A stretch of 11,296 nucleotides of DNA, taken from a virus. Taxonomy: Duplodnaviria; Heunggongvirae; Uroviricota; Caudoviricetes. Position numbers and translations under genes: made by a program. Within the stretch, counting starts at the first letter, position 1; every line of letters starts with the position of its first letter. The DNA is taken from the IMG/VR virus record IMGVR_UViG_2534682078_000023. One strand, 5' to 3'. This document shows, in pieces, positions 7,905-11,296 of the stretch. The notes beneath the pieces are model-generated. The model did no database searches. It was not told the origin of the DNA and was given only the letters and a program-made list of their open reading frames with translations.

Positions 7905-10028
7905 ACCGGTAGGCGATCTGGTCGTTGATTTAAGTCTGGATGCGGCCAGATTTGACGAGCAGATGGCCAGAGTCAGGCGTCATTTTTCCGGTACGGAAAG
8001 TGATGCGAAAAAAACAGCGGCAGTCGTTGAACAGTCGCTGAGCCGACAGGCGCTGGCTGCACAGAAAGCGGGGATTTCCGTCGGGCAGTATAAAGCCGCC
8101 ATGCGTATGCTGCCTGCACAGTTCACCGACGTGGCCACGCAGCTTGCAGGCGGGCAAAGTCCGTGGCTGATCCTGCTGCAACAGGGGGGGCAGGTGAAGG
8201 ACTCCTTCGGCGGGATGATCCCCATGTTCAGGGGGCTTGCCGGTGCGATCACCCTGCCGATGGTGGGGGCCACCTCGCTGGCGGTGGCGACCGGTGCGCT
8301 GGCGTATGCCTGGTATCAGGGCAACTCAACCCTGTCCGATTTCAACAAAACGCTGGTCCTTTCCGGCAATCAGGCGGGACTGACGGCAGATCGTATGCTG
8401 GTCCTGTCCAGAGCCGGGCAGGCGGCAGGGCTGACGTTTAACCAGACCAGCGAGTCACTCAGCGCACTGGTTAAGGCGGGGGTAAGCGGTGAGGCTCAGA
8501 TTGCGTCCATCAGCCAGAGTGTGGCGCGTTTCTCCTCTGCATCCGGCGTGGAGGTGGACAAGGTCGCTGAAGCCTTCGGGAAGCTGACCACAGACCCGAC
8601 GTCGGGGCTGACGGCGATGGCACGCCAGTTCCATAACGTGACGGCGGAGCAGATTGCGTATGTTGCTCAGTTGCAGCGTTCCGGCGATGAAGCCGGGGCA
8701 TTGCAGGCGGCGAACGAGGCCGCAACGAAAGGGTTTGATGACCAGACCCGCCGCCTGAAAGAGAACATGGGCACGCTGGAGACCTGGGCAGACAGGACTG
8801 CACGGGCATTCAAATCCATGTGGGATGCGGTGCTGGATATTGGTCGTCCTGATACCGCGCAGGAGATGCTGATTAAGGCAGAGGCTGCGTTTAAGAAAGC
8901 AGACGACATCTGGAATCTGCGCAAGGATGATTATTTTGTTAACGATGAAGCGCGGGCGCGTTACTGGGATGATCGTGAAAAGGCCCGTCTTGCGCTTGAA
9001 GCCGCCCGAAAGAAGGCTGAGCAGCAGACTCAACAGGACAAAAATGCGCAGCAGCAGAGCGATACCGAAGCGTCACGGCTGAAATATACCGAAGAGGCGC
9101 AGAAGGCTTACGAACGGCTGCAGACGCCGCTGGAGAAATATACCGCCCGTCAGGAAGAACTGAACAAGGCACTGAAAGACGGGAAAATCCTGCAGGCGGA
9201 TTACAACACGCTGATGGCGGCGGCGAAAAAGGATTATGAAGCGACGCTGAAAAAGCCGAAACAGTCCGGCGTGAAGGTGTCTGCGGGCGATCGTCAGGAA
9301 GACAGTGCTCATGCTGCCCTGCTGACGCTTCAGGCAGAACTCCGGACGCTGGAGAAGCATGCCGGAGCAAATGAGAAAATCAGCCAGCAGCGCCGGGATT
9401 TGTGGAAGGCGGAGAGTCAGTTCGCGGTACTGGAGGAGGCGGCGCAACGTCGCCAGCTGTCTGCACAGGAGAAATCCCTGCTGGCGCATAAAGATGAGAC
9501 GCTGGAGTACAAACGCCAGCTGGCTGCACTTGGCGACAAGGTTACGTATCAGGAGTGCCTGAACGCGCTGGCGCAGCAGGCGGATAAATTCGCACAGCAG
9601 CAACGGGCAAAACGGGCCGCCATTGATGCGAAAAGCCGGGGGCTGACTGACCGGCAGGCAGAACGGGAAGCCACGGAACAGCGCCTGAAGGAACAGTATG
9701 GCGATAATCCGCTGGCGCTGAATAACGTCATGTCAGAGCAGAAAAAGACCTGGGCGGCTGAAGACCAGCTTCGCGGGAGCTGGATGGCAGGCCTGAAGTC
9801 CGGCTGGAGTGAGTGGGAAGAGAGCGCCACGGACAGTATGTCGCAGGTAAAAAGTGCAGCCACGCAGACCTTTGATGGTATTGCACAGAATATGGCGGCG
9901 ATGCTGACCGGCAGTGAGCAGAACTGGCGCAGCTTCACCCGTTCCGTGCTGTCCATGATGACAGAAATTCTGCTTAAGCAGGCAATGGTGGGGATTGTCG
10001 GGAGTATCGGCAGCGCCATTGGCGGGGC
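7897..10028 (+). pseudogene. H: Tail tape measure protein H (lambda gpH-like), truncated after about 711 codons by IS insertion
   Basis: Translation MAEPVGDLVVDLSLDAARFDEQMARVRRHFSGTESDAKK... ...LLKQAMVGIVGSIGSAIGG is recognised as lambda gpH (about 853 aa in lambda). From 10029 the frame reads IS-derived codons ([16 protein letters not shown]), so the C-terminal ~140 aa of H is separated or lost. Confidence 0.88.
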
Positions 10029-10082
10029 TGAACCGCCCCGGAAATCCTGGAGACTAAACTCCCTGAGAAAGAGGTAAACAGG

Positions 10083-10409
10083 ATGACTAAAAATACTCGT
10101 TTTTCCCCCGAAGTCCGTCAGCGGGCGATTCGTATGGTTCTGGAAAGTCAGGATGAATATGACTCACAGTGGGCGGCAATTTGTTCCATTGCCCCAAAGA
10201 TTGGCTGTACGCCGGAGACTCTGCGTGTCTGGGTTCGCCAGCATGAGCGGGATACCGGGGGCGGTGATGGTGGGCTCACCAGCGCTGAACGTCAGCGTCT
10301 GAAAGAGCTGGAACGTGAAAATCGTGAACTGCGCCGCAGTAACGATATCCTTCGCCAGGCTTCCGCTTATTTTGCGAAGGCGGAGTTCGACCGCCTCTGG
10401 AAAAAATGA
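10083..10409 (+). CDS. IS629-like transposase OrfA
   Basis: Translation [108 protein letters not shown] (108 aa). A GAGG-type ribosome-binding site lies upstream. Confidence 0.88.
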   Translation: MTKNTRFSPEVRQRAIRMVLESQDEYDSQWAAICSIAPKIGCTPETLRVWVRQHERDTGGGDGGLTSAERQRLKELERENRELRRSNDILRQASAYFAKAEFDRLWKK

Positions 10410-11296
10410 TGCCACTGCTGGATAAGCTGCGTGAGCAGTACGGGGTCGGACCGGTATGCAGCGAACTGCATATTGCCCCGTCAACGTATTACCATTGTCA
10501 GCAACAGCGACATCATCCGGATAAACGCAGTGCCCGTGCGCAGCACGACGACTGGCTGAAGAGAGAGATACAGCGCGTATACGATGAAAATCATCAGGTG
10601 TACGGTGTGCGTAAAGTCTGGCGTCAGTTGTTACGAGAAGGAATCAGGGTGGCCAGATGTACAGTGGCACGTCTCATGGCGGTTATGGGACTTGCCGGTG
10701 TTCTCCGGGGTAAAAAGGTCCGTACGACCATCAGCCGGAAAGCCGTTGCCGCAGGCGACCGCGTAAACCGTCAGTTCGTGGCAGAACGACCTGACCAGCT
10801 GTGGGTGGCTGATTTTACTTACGTCAGCACATGGCAGGGCTTCGTCTATGTGGCGTTTATCATTGATGTGTTTGCCGGATACATCGTGGGGTGGCGGGTC
10901 TCATCGTCTATGGAAACGACATTCGTGCTGGATGCGCTGGAGCAGGCGTTGTGGGCCCGTCGTCCGTCTGGCACCATCCATCACAGCGATAAAGGCTCTC
11001 AGTATGTGTCACTGGCCTATACGGAGCGACTAAAAGAAGCCGGATTACTGGCATCAACAGGGAGTACAGGCGACTCGTATGACAACGCGATGGCTGAGAG
11101 CATCAATGGTCTTTACAAGGCGGAGGTAATACACCGTAAGAGCTGGAAAAACCGTGCAGAAGTGGAACTGGCCACACTAACGTGGGTGGACTGGTATAAC
11201 AATCGACGATTGCTGGGAAGGCTGGGCCATACTCCTCCGGCAGAAGCAGAAAAAGCTTATTATGCTTCCATCGGAAACGATGATCTGGCAGCCTGA
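10406..11296 (+). CDS. IS629-like transposase OrfB (DDE integrase-core domain)
   Basis: Translation [30 protein letters not shown]...[36 protein letters not shown]...[10 protein letters not shown]...[22 protein letters not shown]...LAA* (296 aa), in the -1 frame relative to OrfA with an ATGA overlap on an A6 run (10401-10406). It may also be expressed as an OrfAB fusion. Confidence 0.88.
   Translation: MMPLLDKLREQYGVGPVCSELHIAPSTYYHCQQQRHHPDKRSARAQHDDWLKREIQRVYDENHQVYGVRKVWRQLLREGIRVARCTVARLMAVMGLAGVLRGKKVRTTISRKAVAAGDRVNRQFVAERPDQLWVADFTYVSTWQGFVYVAFIIDVFAGYIVGWRVSSSMETTFVLDALEQALWARRPSGTIHHSDKGSQYVSLAYTERLKEAGLLASTGSTGDSYDNAMAESINGLYKAEVIHRKSWKNRAEVELATLTWVDWYNNRRLLGRLGHTPPAEAEKAYYASIGNDDLAA

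Larger units (their letters stand above)
10029..11296 (+). mobile_element. IS629-like (IS3 family, IS1203/IS3411-like) insertion sequence; right end lies beyond the window
   Basis: The left terminus TGAACCGCCCCGGAAATCCTGGAGACTAAACTCC starts inside H. OrfA and OrfB in 0/-1 frames match the remembered IS629 protein sequences. The OrfB stop is the last codon of the window, so the right inverted repeat is not visible. Confidence 0.85.

Noticed and set aside
7930-10019. Multiple plus- and minus-strand ORFs (83 to 192 aa) within the tape measure gene H
   Set aside because: All are alternative-frame or antisense shadows of the long H coding region. Their proline/arginine/cysteine-rich low-complexity sequence is as expected for wrong-frame reads of GC-rich coding DNA.
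10029-10077. C-terminal extension of the H ORF ([16 protein letters not shown]) reported by the ORF track as part of a 726-aa protein
   Set aside because: These codons are a read-through into the IS629-like left end, not H sequence. The authentic H C-terminus is displaced or absent.

Overview
This window is the fimZ–argU chromosomal junction of an E. coli/Shigella-type genome, followed by a defective lambda-like prophage integrated at tRNA-Arg(UCU). I found no candidate for a novel system: every sizeable ORF is accounted for by known families, and the interest lies in how the prophage has decayed. Layout: fimZ (1-633, minus strand), argU (876-952), then a 3' integrase remnant (about 968-1258, minus strand) that abuts the interior of a lambda C-like gene, implying one large internal deletion of the early, lysis, terminase and portal regions. 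After that comes a near-lambda late block with lambda-identical spacing: C'/Nu3, D, E, FI, FII, Z, U, V, G, G-T and H. Two different IS3-family elements interrupt it: an IS911-like element in FII (3990-5247) and an IS629-like element in the tape-measure gene H (from about 10029, running off the window end). All product names are recognised from the translated ORFs by memory, not by database search. The remaining ORFs in the track are antisense or out-of-frame shadows of these genes.
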